In this document: positions 1 to 9,630 of the stretch, piece by piece
Position numbering within the stretch: position 1 is the stretch's first letter
How the letters are laid out: every line of letters starts with the position of its first letter
NCBI RefSeq assembly: GCF_000179635.2
Contig: NC_014833.1
Coordinates: forward strand, 1,860,001-1,892,000
DNA: 32,000 bases
Direction: 5' to 3'
DNA from: Ruminococcus albus 7 = DSM 20455
Lineage (GTDB): Bacteria; Bacillota; Clostridia; Oscillospirales; Ruminococcaceae
Notes under the pieces: model-generated
What the model saw: only the letters and a program-made list of their open reading frames with translations
What the model was told of the DNA's origin: nothing
Databases searched by the model: none
Program-made: the position numbers and the translations under genes

Positions 1-1
1 C

Positions 2-463
2 ATCGAACCTCTGAGAATGCTGTTCAAGGACGAGACAAGAAAACTCGGTCAGGAACTTGGTCTTAGTGAGACTCTGGTATGGAGACAGCCTTTCCCGGGT
101 CCCGGTCTTGCTATAAGAATAATCGGCGAGATCACCGATGACAAGCTGGAGATACTTCAGGACGCTGACTGGATCTTCCGCGAGGAGATCGCAAAGGCAG
201 GTCTTGACAGGAGTATAAACCAGTACTTTGCAGTGCTGACCAACAATCGATCTGTTGGTGTTATGGGCGATTTCCGTACTTACGATTACACACTTGCTCT
301 GAGAGCTGTTGAGACCACCGATTTCATGACCGCAGAATTCAGCCGCATCCCATATGATGTACTTGAAACTGCTTCCCGCAGGATAGTAAACGAGGTAAAG
401 AATATCAACCGCGTATGCTATGATATTACCACAAAGCCACCCGCAACTATTGAGTGGGAATAA
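2..463 (+). CDS. guaA: GMP synthase (glutamine-hydrolysing), C-terminal fragment; the 5' end lies outside the window
   Basis: The frame is open from the window edge ([11 protein letters not shown]...). It contains [13 protein letters not shown] and ends ...KPPATIEWE*, the characteristic GuaA C-terminus. Confidence 0.9.
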   Translation: MEPLRMLFKDETRKLGQELGLSETLVWRQPFPGPGLAIRIIGEITDDKLEILQDADWIFREEIAKAGLDRSINQYFAVLTNNRSVGVMGDFRTYDYTLALRAVETTDFMTAEFSRIPYDVLETASRRIVNEVKNINRVCYDITTKPPATIEWE

Positions 464-587
464 TACAAACACTTGCCAAAACGTCGTAATACCGTGCTTT
501 TCAAGGCATAGTTAAGCTAAGTGGCAACGATTTGGCAACAATTCTCGATCATCGGCAACAGTTATAAATATTTTGTCTGAAAAGATA

Positions 588-630
588 AGAGCTATCTGAT
601 TCGTATTTGAATCGGATAGCTCTTTTTTTT
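588..630 (+). terminator. Rho-independent terminator downstream of guaA
   Basis: A 14-bp stem (588-601 pairs with 610-623, one G-U) is followed by a T8 run at 623-630. Confidence 0.8.
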
Positions 631-807
631 ATTGTCATATTTGCAAAGGTCTGTGCTATTATGATCCGCCTCTTAAAAACATAATTTCAGTTAATGATTA
701 TCATATTACGATGTTTATGTAAGTATTCTAACTGATTATTGCAAGTGTTAAAGGATTCATGTATTGAAAACCGGTTTATAAAATAATTGTACGAATAGCA
801 AGTGAAG

Positions 808-836
808 TTGCATTTTTGATCAAAATGTGATATGCT
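808..836 (+). promoter_or_regulatory. Candidate sigma-A promoter for the two-component operon
   Basis: TTGCAT (808-813), a 17-nt spacer, then the extended -10 TGaTATGCT (828-836). Confidence 0.4.
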
Positions 837-968
837 AAATACCGGTGAAGTTTTATTCATCGGTATTTAGCATGACTGTAAGAATTAAGTTAATCTTAAG
901 AATTACATTCAACTTAAATTAAGAATGATGTATTATCATATGATCATACAAGGAAAGGACATAACGTT

Positions 969-1679
969 ATGGATTATATCACAGCAACTATTCTTGTAGT
1001 AGACGATGACAGGGACATCGTGGCAGCCATCGCGAAGCTGCTGGAGCTTGAAGGGTATAAAACTGTCAGGGCATATGACGGTATCGAAGCACTGGAGAAG
1101 CTTTCGGAGAACGACATACAGCTTATACTGATAGACGTGATGATGCCGAGGTTGGACGGCTTATCGGCTATAATGAAGATACGCGACAAGCGGAATATCC
1201 CGATAATAGTATTATCAGCAAAATCCGAGGATACAGATAAAATACTCGGACTTTCAATGGGTGCTGACGACTATATCACAAAGCCCTATAATCCCATGGA
1301 GCTTACCGCCCGTGTGAAGAGCAGCCTGCGAAGATATATGCAGCTTGGTGATATAGGCAGTATAAACAAAACGGACGTTATAAAAATAGGCGGTCTTGAA
1401 CTTGATAAAGGTGCAAAATCCATTACGGTGGACGGCGAACCGGTCAAGCTGACAGCTACGGAATTGAAGATACTTGAACTGCTTATGGAGAACGCTGGTC
1501 ATGTATTTTCGGCAGAGGAGATATACCGCAGGGTGTGGAATGAGGACGCTTACGCGGTGGAGAACACAGTAATGGTACATATAAGGCATATTCGGGAGAA
1601 AATAGAGATCGACCCGAAGGAGCCGAGATATCTGAAAGTGGTGTGGGGCATTGGGTACAAGATCGAAAAAAATATCTAA
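969..1679 (+). CDS. OmpR/PhoB (VanR-like) family response regulator
   Basis: Receiver domain (VVDDD..., LILIDVMMPRLDG, SAKSE) plus a C-terminal winged-helix (LTATELKILELL..., VMVHIRHIREKIE, VWGIGYKI). RBS AAGGAAAGGA lies upstream. Confidence 0.9.
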   Translation: MDYITATILVVDDDRDIVAAIAKLLELEGYKTVRAYDGIEALEKLSENDIQLILIDVMMPRLDGLSAIMKIRDKRNIPIIVLSAKSEDTDKILGLSMGADDYITKPYNPMELTARVKSSLRRYMQLGDIGSINKTDVIKIGGLELDKGAKSITVDGEPVKLTATELKILELLMENAGHVFSAEEIYRRVWNEDAYAVENTVMVHIRHIREKIEIDPKEPRYLKVVWGIGYKIEKNI

Positions 1680-4128
1680 GTTTTTTCCGAAGGCTGTCAG
1701 GGTGACGGCGTTCATCACGGCTTGTGTGGCGGCGGGTATAGCGCTGTTCGGTGAGATGGATGTGAGCCGCATTAAAGACAGGATATTCGAAATGGGCGGA
1801 GATATGCGAGGAAATCTGGAATATCCCGAGATATATCGCACCGAACTGAAAAATATGTATGAACAGCTTTGCATACTTGGCGTGTGCGAACTTGCGAATA
1901 TGGACGAAAACGGTAAATACATAGGTAATAAAAACGTACAGTCCGATCTTTTGTACTATTTTGATTTCAACGAATACCGCTACAAAAAGACAGGCGAGGG
2001 CATAGTGCCATATTCAGATATATTCGACTACTATGTTTCCTATACTGTTCCCGAAAAAATGGCGGATGAAGTCCTGACCGATGATGAAACGACAGCAGAG
2101 GAGGAAAGGGCTGAGAGGACGGTAACACATTTTGTCACGAATATATCGGAGGATATCATAAATGATAAAATGACCGAACAGGAGCGTATAAATGCGCTGA
2201 CTTCAAATAAATACGGATATATCCTGCGCTCGGGAGATGTGATATCATCGAGTATGGTATCATCTGGGGTGATGGACAATTACAGTTATCAGGTAGCGGA
2301 GAAGAACGGAAAACTCAGGGATGTGAATGAATCCTATCCCGATAACTATCTGCCTATGGGCGGCTGGTACAGTGATAATTACGGAAGGCACGTTTTCAGT
2401 TTCTGCAATGATTCGCCGATAAAGTTTTATGAATATCCCGAAAATACCGAGGAAGGATTTACGGCAAGGCGTGAATGGGTGGATATAGAGTCAAACACAG
2501 CAGAAGGTTCCGGTATATATTATTCTACTCTGCCTATATGCGATATGCCCGACTATAAAGCGACATCAGGGGATACCGAGGGGCTGACGGTATATATTGA
2601 ACCGGAGGATTATTATTTCCATTCGATATACAGGGAGTACGAGGATCTGTTTAGCGAGTATCTCGAAACAAGATCGTTATCTTTGCAGTGCGGCATACTG
2701 GCACTGTTGCTTATAGTTTATCTTATCGCGGGGGCTGTTGTGAGAGGGCTGGCAGGAGAGCATGAAAGTTCCTTTGCTGATAAGCTGCCATTTGAACTGT
2801 ACATTGGGGCATGGCTGCTGATACTTATGGGGACAGCAGTGATGGGTCATATGTATTGGGGTATGGTCTACTCCGCTGATGAACGGGCAGGGGACTCGGC
2901 TTACTGGTATCTGACATACGGTGCGATATTTGCGGTTATGACAGGTATAGCTGTACACAGCATCATTCACGTTATAAAGCTGATATCACAGGGAAGATGC
3001 AGGAGGAGTTTTGCACTTCCAAAGCTTATGAAAAAGCTCAGTGAGAGATACCGCACCACTTCACTTTACGAGACACGGAGAAACAGACCTGCGGGAAGCG
3101 GTCTTATGAGGCGCTCGGTGAGAAGCCTTGTGGCATTTCTTGCGGCGACGTTAATGCTTCCAAGCTCACTTTATGGAAGCAAAGATGCTTTACAGATAGC
3201 TGCCGCTGTTGTATGCGTGGCGGCATCGGTATACTTTATATATTCACAGATAAGGGCGATACTTCTTGCCCGTGACCTTACTAAACTGGACAGGCGTATC
3301 ACGGAACTAAACCGAAACACGCCCTTTGAGGTAGAGATATCCCCTCTTTCGGAGCTGAGCAGACCTTCGGATATGCTGAAAAATATATCCGATACCGTCA
3401 GTGATGCGGTGGAGGAACAAATAAAGTCCGAGAGAATGAAGATCGAACTGGTGGCGAATGTATCACACGACCTGAAAACGCCCCTGACTTCCATAATAAG
3501 CTACATCGACCTGCTGAAAAAGACGGAGCTTGACGATGAGGCTATGGGCTATGTTCAGATACTGGATAAGAAATCACAGAAGCTTAAAAGCATAGTTGCC
3601 GATGTTTTCAGCCTGGCAAAGGCGACAAGCGGCATAGATGTAAATATGGAGGAATTAGATTTTGTAAGGCTTTTTAATCAGTGTCTGGCAGATGCAGATG
3701 ATAAGATAAACGAAAGCGGAAAAGTAGTCAAGCTGTCAGTGACAGCAGATACCGCACCTGTTATGGGTGACGGAAACAAGCTTTACCGCGTACTGCAGAA
3801 CATCATAGACAATGCGCTTAAATATTCTATGGACGGTTCACGTATTTTCATGGAACTTAAACGCACTGAAGATGACGTAGTTCTGTCTGTCAAGAATACG
3901 TCATCATATCCTATTGAATTTACCGCGGACGAGATAACAGAAAGATTTGTCCGCGGGGATAAGTCGAGGACGGACGGCGGCAGCGGGCTTGGACTTTCGA
4001 TAGCGAAAAGCTTTACGGAAGCCTGCGGCGGACATTTTGATATAGAACTTGAAGGAGATATGTTCAAGGCTGTTATGACGATGCCTCTGATAAAAAAAGA
4101 ACAGGCAGAAGAAAAAGAGATAATATAA
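1651..4128 (+). CDS. Sensor histidine kinase with a large N-terminal extracytoplasmic domain and multiple TM segments
   Basis: H-box SHDLKTPLTSIISYIDLL, N-box NIIDNALKYS and G-box GGSGLGLSIAK. About 310 aa lie between TM1 and a cluster of TM helices. The start is uncertain: TTG 1651 overlaps the RR gene by 29 nt, and GTG 1702 is an alternative. Confidence 0.85.
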   Translation: MGTRSKKISKFFPKAVRVTAFITACVAAGIALFGEMDVSRIKDRIFEMGGDMRGNLEYPEIYRTELKNMYEQLCILGVCELANMDENGKYIGNKNVQSDLLYYFDFNEYRYKKTGEGIVPYSDIFDYYVSYTVPEKMADEVLTDDETTAEEERAERTVTHFVTNISEDIINDKMTEQERINALTSNKYGYILRSGDVISSSMVSSGVMDNYSYQVAEKNGKLRDVNESYPDNYLPMGGWYSDNYGRHVFSFCNDSPIKFYEYPENTEEGFTARREWVDIESNTAEGSGIYYSTLPICDMPDYKATSGDTEGLTVYIEPEDYYFHSIYREYEDLFSEYLETRSLSLQCGILALLLIVYLIAGAVVRGLAGEHESSFADKLPFELYIGAWLLILMGTAVMGHMYWGMVYSADERAGDSAYWYLTYGAIFAVMTGIAVHSIIHVIKLISQGRCRRSFALPKLMKKLSERYRTTSLYETRRNRPAGSGLMRRSVRSLVAFLAATLMLPSSLYGSKDALQIAAAVVCVAASVYFIYSQIRAILLARDLTKLDRRITELNRNTPFEVEISPLSELSRPSDMLKNISDTVSDAVEEQIKSERMKIELVANVSHDLKTPLTSIISYIDLLKKTELDDEAMGYVQILDKKSQKLKSIVADVFSLAKATSGIDVNMEELDFVRLFNQCLADADDKINESGKVVKLSVTADTAPVMGDGNKLYRVLQNIIDNALKYSMDGSRIFMELKRTEDDVVLSVKNTSSYPIEFTADEITERFVRGDKSRTDGGSGLGLSIAKSFTEACGGHFDIELEGDMFKAVMTMPLIKKEQAEEKEII

Positions 4129-4149
4129 AACAGAAACGGAGACATCATT

Positions 4150-5010
4150 ATGAAAAAAAGAAGATCGGCTCTAACACCATTTATTGCAGTCCTGATAATT
4201 GTACTTGTTTTAATGGCGGTGTTTGTAGTTTTCATCAAGCATGACAAATTAAACGTTGCAGGTCAGGTCACAGCGCTTTTCCGCGGCAGAGTTGAGTATC
4301 ATCCTGAAGAGATATCCGATGACGGACTTGAGTTGAGGACAGTGGATGTAGAGGATGTTAAAGTAGGTACTGCCATGATGCTGATAAACAAAGATCACCC
4401 TCTTGGTGAGTATTTTGAACCTTCTATATGCGAATATAAGGATTCCGGTGTGATGATGTCAACAGATTCAGTGGACAGCTATGCGGCTCTTTCTAAAGCG
4501 GTTATGGATAACTGCGGAGAACCGCTGTACGTGATGTCATCATACCGCACACCTGAGGAACAGCAGGAACTGTATGAAGATCAGGGCAGCAGCGAGGCTA
4601 TGCCGCCCCACTGTTCGGAGCATGAAACGGGTCTGGCACAGGATCTGTATTTCAGCGGGTTTGCGGGCAAGAATATCAACGATTGTCCTGCGGGAAAATA
4701 CCTCACGGAACACGCTCACGAGTATGGCTTTATCGTGAGATACCCATCTTTCGGCAGAATGGTGACCGGTATAAACTACGAACCCTGGCATTTCAGGTAT
4801 GTGGGTCAGCCTCATGCGAAGATAATTACAGATAACAGGCTTACTCTTGAAGAATATATCGACGGTTTGGAATACGGCAGCTTTTACGAATATGAAGATT
4901 ATATAATATCCAGGCAGAAAGGAGACAGCCTTCTTATACCTCAGAATTACACCTGCGATATATCATATGACAACTGCGGTGGTTATATCCTGACAGCAAA
5001 AAAGAAATGA
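4150..5010 (+). CDS. D-alanyl-D-alanine carboxypeptidase, VanY/peptidase M15B family, with an N-terminal TM anchor
   Basis: Motifs SSYRTPEEQ, SEHETGLAQD and EPWHFRYVG. RBS GGAGA lies 8 nt upstream. The gene starts 21 nt after the kinase. Confidence 0.85.
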   Translation: MKKRRSALTPFIAVLIIVLVLMAVFVVFIKHDKLNVAGQVTALFRGRVEYHPEEISDDGLELRTVDVEDVKVGTAMMLINKDHPLGEYFEPSICEYKDSGVMMSTDSVDSYAALSKAVMDNCGEPLYVMSSYRTPEEQQELYEDQGSSEAMPPHCSEHETGLAQDLYFSGFAGKNINDCPAGKYLTEHAHEYGFIVRYPSFGRMVTGINYEPWHFRYVGQPHAKIITDNRLTLEEYIDGLEYGSFYEYEDYIISRQKGDSLLIPQNYTCDISYDNCGGYILTAKKK

Positions 5011-5030
5011 ACATGAATATACATAAAACA

Positions 5031-5063
5031 ACACCCGACAGAGCAAAACACTCTGTCGGGTGT
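5031..5063. terminator. Bidirectional hairpin between the convergent vanY-like and adh genes
   Basis: A perfect 13-bp stem, acacccgacagag / ctctgtcgggtgt, with a 7-nt loop. Confidence 0.7.
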
Positions 5064-5105
5064 TGGTATTGGGGGAGATTCCGTAAAAGGAATTGGGAAA
5101 GCTAA

Positions 5106-6284
5106 TTAAAGTGATGCCTTTGCAGCGATCCTGTAGATCTGTGAAACATCCTCGGATGACAGATGAACAAAACCGCCGGTTCGGCCGTCACCAAGCCCGA
5201 ACTTTTCTGTGAGTGCGGGAATATCTTCTTCCTTAGCACCGAGTTCTGCAAAGTTTATAGGCATACCGATGTCATGCAGGAACCTGCGGAATGCTTTGAT
5301 GCCTGCAAGTGCTGTATTCTCTGGATTCTCAAAATCCATTTTGCATCCGAATACTCTTACTGCCATCTGACAGAAGCGCATGATATTATGCTTGTAAACA
5401 AACTCCATCCATGCAGGCATAATAACGGCCAGACCTGCACCGTGAGCGCAGTCATACAGTGCTGAAAGCTCGTGCTCAATGCCGTGGCTGTTCCAGTCCT
5501 GCTCTCTGCCAACGCCTACAATATTATTATGAGCCACCATACCTGCCCACATGATATTTGCTCTTGCTTCGTAATTATTGGGGTCTGCTATAACTCTGGG
5601 AGTTTCCTTCACCATGGTCATGAGCACAGCCTCACAAAGGCGGTCGGTTATCTCGACCTCTGTAGTATTGGTGAAATATCTTTCAAAAACGTGTGCCATG
5701 ATATCGGTGGCACCGCAGGCAGTCTGATAAGCTGGGAGAGTCTGGGTCAGTGCGGGGTCCATTACAGAGAACTTAGGACGCAGTGCGTCAGAGCCTGCAC
5801 CTCTTTTGAGCATACCGTCTTCTTTAGTGATAACTGAATCACCTGAGCCCTCACTGCCAGCTGCAGCTATAGTAAGTACTGTGCCGACAGGGAGCGCTTT
5901 TTCGATGTGCTTTCCACTGTAGAAATCCCAGAAATCACCGTCGTATGGAACACCAGCTGCTATTGCCTTTGAGGAATCTATAACAGAACCGCCTCCGACA
6001 GCGAGGATAAAGTCAATGTTTTCCTTGCGGCAAAGCTCTATGCCCTTATATACAAGACCGTCGCGGGGATTGGGCTGAACACCGCCCAGTTCGCAGTAAG
6101 CTATACCGTTGCTCTCCAGAGACTTTTTAACTCTGTCAAGTAATCCCGATTTTTTTGCAGAGCTTCCGCCGTAGTGTATGAGGACCTTGTTTCCGCCGTG
6201 TTTTTTTACGTATGTTCCGCATTCATTTTCTCTGTCTTTTCCGAATACAAATTCTGTGGGGCTGTAAAAATTGAAATTATTCAT
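5106..6284 (-). CDS. Iron-containing (group III) alcohol dehydrogenase, butanol-dehydrogenase/YqhD-like
   Basis: GGGSVIDSSKAIA motif and the His cluster HGIEHELS...AHGAGLA. 392 aa, with RBS AGGAGG upstream. Confidence 0.85.
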   Translation of the reverse strand: MNNFNFYSPTEFVFGKDRENECGTYVKKHGGNKVLIHYGGSSAKKSGLLDRVKKSLESNGIAYCELGGVQPNPRDGLVYKGIELCRKENIDFILAVGGGSVIDSSKAIAAGVPYDGDFWDFYSGKHIEKALPVGTVLTIAAAGSEGSGDSVITKEDGMLKRGAGSDALRPKFSVMDPALTQTLPAYQTACGATDIMAHVFERYFTNTTEVEITDRLCEAVLMTMVKETPRVIADPNNYEARANIMWAGMVAHNNIVGVGREQDWNSHGIEHELSALYDCAHGAGLAVIMPAWMEFVYKHNIMRFCQMAVRVFGCKMDFENPENTALAGIKAFRRFLHDIGMPINFAELGAKEEDIPALTEKFGLGDGRTGGFVHLSSEDVSQIYRIAAKASL

Positions 6285-6302
6285 ATTAATCCTCCTAAGT
6301 TA

Positions 6303-7064
6303 TCAAAGTCCTATCGAGCCGGTATAAACTGGTATCTCATTTTCTGCCTTAATAACAGCTTCTTCAAGAGTCATACCATAGAAATTACAGGCTGCCAGAT
6401 TTCTGCCGGACTTTTTATCATCAATGAACGCTCCTACTACAACACCCGGGATCGCACTGTCAGGATCATTTGGCGCATGGGAACCACCGAGATCAGTTCT
6501 GCACCAGCCCGGATCGGTAATGTTTATGCAGATATCTGTACCGTTGAATTTCGATGCCAGATCCATCGTTACCTTGTCGAGTGCAGCCTTGCTAGCACTG
6601 TATCCTGCCTGTTCGGGTTCAAGACGTATACCGCTTGTGGTATTTACTATACGTCCGAAGCCTGTTTCTTTCATCTTTGAAAGAAAATGATAAGTTATCA
6701 TCATAGGGGCTATGGTATTTATCTTAAAACTCTCCTCATAATCCGAAGCGGGAGTAGTAAGGTACTCTGTCCTGTATGCAACCTGAATGCCTGCATTGTT
6801 CAGAACGATATCAACTGTTATACCCAAAGCATCTATATCGGCAAGCATTTTTTCTACCTGTGCCAAGTCAGAAAATTCTGCTCCTACTGCATAAGCCTGA
6901 ACACCAAGTGCTTTAGCCTCTGCAACCACTTTTTCACAGTGTGCTGCTGTTCTTCCCTGAAGGATCAGATTGCAGCCGTGCTTTGCCATAAATATAGCTG
7001 CTCTGTATCCTATACCCCTTGCTGCGCCGGTTATAAATGCCCAGCGTCCTTTTACATCAACCAT
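6303..7064 (-). CDS. Short-chain dehydrogenase/reductase (SDR) family oxidoreductase
   Basis: ITGAARGIG (TGxxxGxG), NNAG and YSASKAAL (YxxxK). Its ATG overlaps the upstream stop as TAATG. Confidence 0.85.
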   Translation of the reverse strand: MVDVKGRWAFITGAARGIGYRAAIFMAKHGCNLILQGRTAAHCEKVVAEAKALGVQAYAVGAEFSDLAQVEKMLADIDALGITVDIVLNNAGIQVAYRTEYLTTPASDYEESFKINTIAPMMITYHFLSKMKETGFGRIVNTTSGIRLEPEQAGYSASKAALDKVTMDLASKFNGTDICINITDPGWCRTDLGGSHAPNDPDSAIPGVVVGAFIDDKKSGRNLAACNFYGMTLEEAVIKAENEIPVYTGSIGL

Positions 7065-8077
7065 TAAATATTCTCCTTTGCCTTTTCGATAGCAGCTATG
7101 ACCTTATCACACCACAGGTCAAAATCCTTGTCTTCATTCTGGTATTCAGGATGAGCAAGGATATTCTGCACTGTTTTCCTTATTCCTTCGGCTGCGCTGA
7201 TCTCAGCTTTAAAATCGGGTACTACTGATCTCAGCTTTGAGTTATCGAATATTACAGAATTTGCCTTGTCACCGATAAGGCTGCCCGTAAGATCGTACTG
7301 TCTTCCCATATCAGCAAGCGTCTTAGATGAAACATAATAAGGCTTCAGTTCAACTCCCAGCGTATCAGCGATAGCTTTGTATATGCTGTTCCAGCTGACA
7401 CTTTCATCGGAAGTGATATGATAAGCCTGACCGATAGTTTCCTTTTTGCCTATAAGTCCTACGAATCCTTTGGCGAAATCGCTGTTGTGAGTTATCGTCC
7501 ACAGGGATGAACCGTCACCATGTATAATTACAGGCTTACCGTCCATTATACGTCTGACTACCTGCCAGCTGCCGCCTGTTCCATGTACTCCGAGAGGTAC
7601 GCTGCGTTCATCATAGGTGTGGCTGGGACGTACTATAGTAACAGGGAAACCGTCCTTGCGGTATCTTTCCAGAAGATATTCCTCGCAGGCTTTCTTGTTT
7701 CTTGAATATTCCCAGTAAGGATTTTCAAGGGGAGTTTCCTCGGTTATGAGATAGCCCTGAGGCGGTTTCTGATATGCCGATGCTGAGCTTATGTAGATAT
7801 ACTGTTTGGTCTTTCCGCAAAAAAGTCTGAAATCTCTTTCAACCTGTGACGGAACAAATCCGATGAACTCAGCTACACAGTCAAATTCCATATCCTTGAT
7901 CTTTTCAGCAGTTTCTTCCTCATTACTGATATCAGCTGTTATGAAATTGATATTACCCTGAAATCCTGTGTTCCTGTTTCCTCTGTTGAGCAGATATACC
8001 TCATTATCGCCTGACAAAAGCAGTTTTGTGATCGCCATACTGATGGTTCCCGTACCGCCGATAAGCAAAATTCTCAT
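7064..8077 (-). CDS. NAD-dependent epimerase/dehydratase family protein
   Basis: MRILLIGGTGTIS Rossmann motif and YSRNK (YxxxK). I chose ATG 8077 because AAGGAGG lies 5-6 nt upstream. The ORF-track extension to 8161 has no RBS. Confidence 0.8.
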   Translation of the reverse strand: MRILLIGGTGTISMAITKLLLSGDNEVYLLNRGNRNTGFQGNINFITADISNEEETAEKIKDMEFDCVAEFIGFVPSQVERDFRLFCGKTKQYIYISSASAYQKPPQGYLITEETPLENPYWEYSRNKKACEEYLLERYRKDGFPVTIVRPSHTYDERSVPLGVHGTGGSWQVVRRIMDGKPVIIHGDGSSLWTITHNSDFAKGFVGLIGKKETIGQAYHITSDESVSWNSIYKAIADTLGVELKPYYVSSKTLADMGRQYDLTGSLIGDKANSVIFDNSKLRSVVPDFKAEISAAEGIRKTVQNILAHPEYQNEDKDFDLWCDKVIAAIEKAKENI

Positions 8078-8283
8078 GTTGTACCTCCTTAACGGGTCTG
8101 TTGTATTCGTGTTAATATAATAACAAATCTTTTCTCGCTTTTCAACGGTCTGATCGAACATTTATAGATTTTTACAATTTTTGAATCCAATAATGATATT
8201 TTTATCCGAAAACAGGCGTTCAAACGTATGCTGATGCGTATTGGATCTGTCTGTTTTATTGTGTATGAATATTATAATAACTA

Positions 8284-8312
8284 TTGACAACAGCGAAATG
8301 CTGTGATATAAT
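8284..8312 (+). promoter_or_regulatory. Consensus sigma-A promoter of the rib operon
   Basis: TTGACA (8284-8289), a 17-nt spacer, then TGaTATAAT (8304-8312). Confidence 0.8.
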
Positions 8313-8318
8313 ATATTT

Positions 8319-8500
8319 GTCTTCGGGGCAGGGTGAGATTCCTGACCGGCAGTTATAGCCTGCGAGCCGCATTCAGCGGTTGATCCGGTGTGATCCCGGA
8401 GCCGACGGTATAGTCCGGATGGTAGAAGATGACAACGCTTAAAAAGTGTTATACCATTTTTGTCTATTTAAGCCCCCGTAGTATACGGGGGCTTTTTATA
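8319..8500 (+). promoter_or_regulatory. FMN riboswitch (RFN element) with a terminator expression platform
   Basis: RFN core tcttcggggcagggtgagattcctgaccggc...gccgacggtatagtccggatggtagaaga. The terminator hairpin aagcccccgta/tacgggggctt plus a T-run sits at 8470-8498, just before the ribD RBS. Confidence 0.9.
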
Positions 8501-8520
8501 TTATTGAAAGGAGCATCATC

Positions 8521-9630
8521 ATGGGGCATGAAGACTTTATGCGTGAGGCACTGGCACTCGCGGAAAAGGGTATGGGTCATGTTTCACCGAATCCTATGGT
8601 CGGTGCTGTCATAGTGCGTGACGGTAATATTATCGCTTCGGGATATCATAAAAGGTACGGCGACCTCCATGCCGAACGGAGTGCTTTTGCGGAATGTGAT
8701 GCAAAGGACATAGATTGCAGAGGGGCGGATATGTATGTCACCCTGGAGCCCTGCTGTCATCACGGAAAGCAGCCGCCCTGCACCGATGCGGTGATCGAAC
8801 ACGGTATAAAACGTGTGTTTGTTGGCTCTTCCGACCCTAATCCTCTTGTTGCAGGCAAGGGAACGGCTATACTTCGAGAGCACGGTATAGAAGTCACGGA
8901 GGGCGTGCTGAAAGATGAATGCGACCGCCTGAATGAGATATTCTTCAAGTTTATCACGACAGGTCTGCCATTTGTTACCCTGAAATATGCCATGACCCTT
9001 GACGGTAAGATCGCCTGCTATACAGGCAAATCTCAGTGGATAACAGGTGAGACGGCACGAAAGCACGTACACCGCGAAAGACTGCATCATGCGGCGATAA
9101 TGGTGGGCGTTGGTACGGTGCTGGCTGATGACCCTATGCTTACCTGCCGCATCAAGAACGTCAGAGATCCTTTGAGGATAATATGTGATACTCATCTGCG
9201 CACACCTCTTGACAGCAATATCGTGCGTACATCGGAAAAAGTTCCGACGCTGATAGTCTGCGGTGATGCGGACAGCGGCCGTATCGGTGAGTATGAGAAA
9301 CGCGGCTGTAAGGTGCTGAGTTTGCCTGATAAAAATGGAAGTACCGATCTTTCGGCACTTATGGCATATCTCGGAAAAGAAAAGATAGACAGTGTGCTTA
9401 TCGAGGGCGGCGGAATGCTGGGCTGGTCTGCGTTGGAAAGCGGGATAGTCGATAAGGTGATGGCTTATGTTGCACCTAAGATATTCGGCGGAAGTAACGC
9501 GAAAACTCCTGTCGGCGGACAGGGCGTGGCTGTGCCCGATGATGCATTCATGCTGGAAGACCGCAGGATAACCGAACTTGACGGCGATATACTTATAGAA
9601 GGACGGGTGAAGAAATGTTCACAGGACTGA
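8521..9630 (+). CDS. ribD: Bifunctional diaminohydroxyphosphoribosylaminopyrimidine deaminase / 5-amino-6-(5-phosphoribosylamino)uracil reductase
   Basis: Zinc deaminase motifs HAERSAF and TLEPCCHHGKQPPC, plus a C-terminal reductase domain. It is the first gene after the FMN riboswitch. Confidence 0.92.
   Translation: MGHEDFMREALALAEKGMGHVSPNPMVGAVIVRDGNIIASGYHKRYGDLHAERSAFAECDAKDIDCRGADMYVTLEPCCHHGKQPPCTDAVIEHGIKRVFVGSSDPNPLVAGKGTAILREHGIEVTEGVLKDECDRLNEIFFKFITTGLPFVTLKYAMTLDGKIACYTGKSQWITGETARKHVHRERLHHAAIMVGVGTVLADDPMLTCRIKNVRDPLRIICDTHLRTPLDSNIVRTSEKVPTLIVCGDADSGRIGEYEKRGCKVLSLPDKNGSTDLSALMAYLGKEKIDSVLIEGGGMLGWSALESGIVDKVMAYVAPKIFGGSNAKTPVGGQGVAVPDDAFMLEDRRITELDGDILIEGRVKKCSQD

Noticed and set aside
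523-559. Three (T/C)GGCAAC repeats in the guaA 3' untranslated region
   Set aside because: The heptamers are short and irregularly spaced (10 and 20 nt), with no associated promoter or structure. I cannot distinguish them from chance.
969-5010. Possible vancomycin-resistance (van) gene cluster
   Set aside because: Only VanR/VanS-like and VanY-like components are present. The window has no D-Ala-D-Lac/Ser ligase, VanH or VanX, so calling it a resistance operon is not supported.
7064-8161. N-terminal extensions in the ORF track (7064-8161, 12442, 13040, 14379, 25303, 26798, 27862, 30765)
   Set aside because: In each case an internal ATG with a properly spaced GGAGG-type RBS is present (8077, 12451, 13112, 14322, 25279, 26792, 27844, 30771). 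The upstream start either lacks an RBS or overlaps it.
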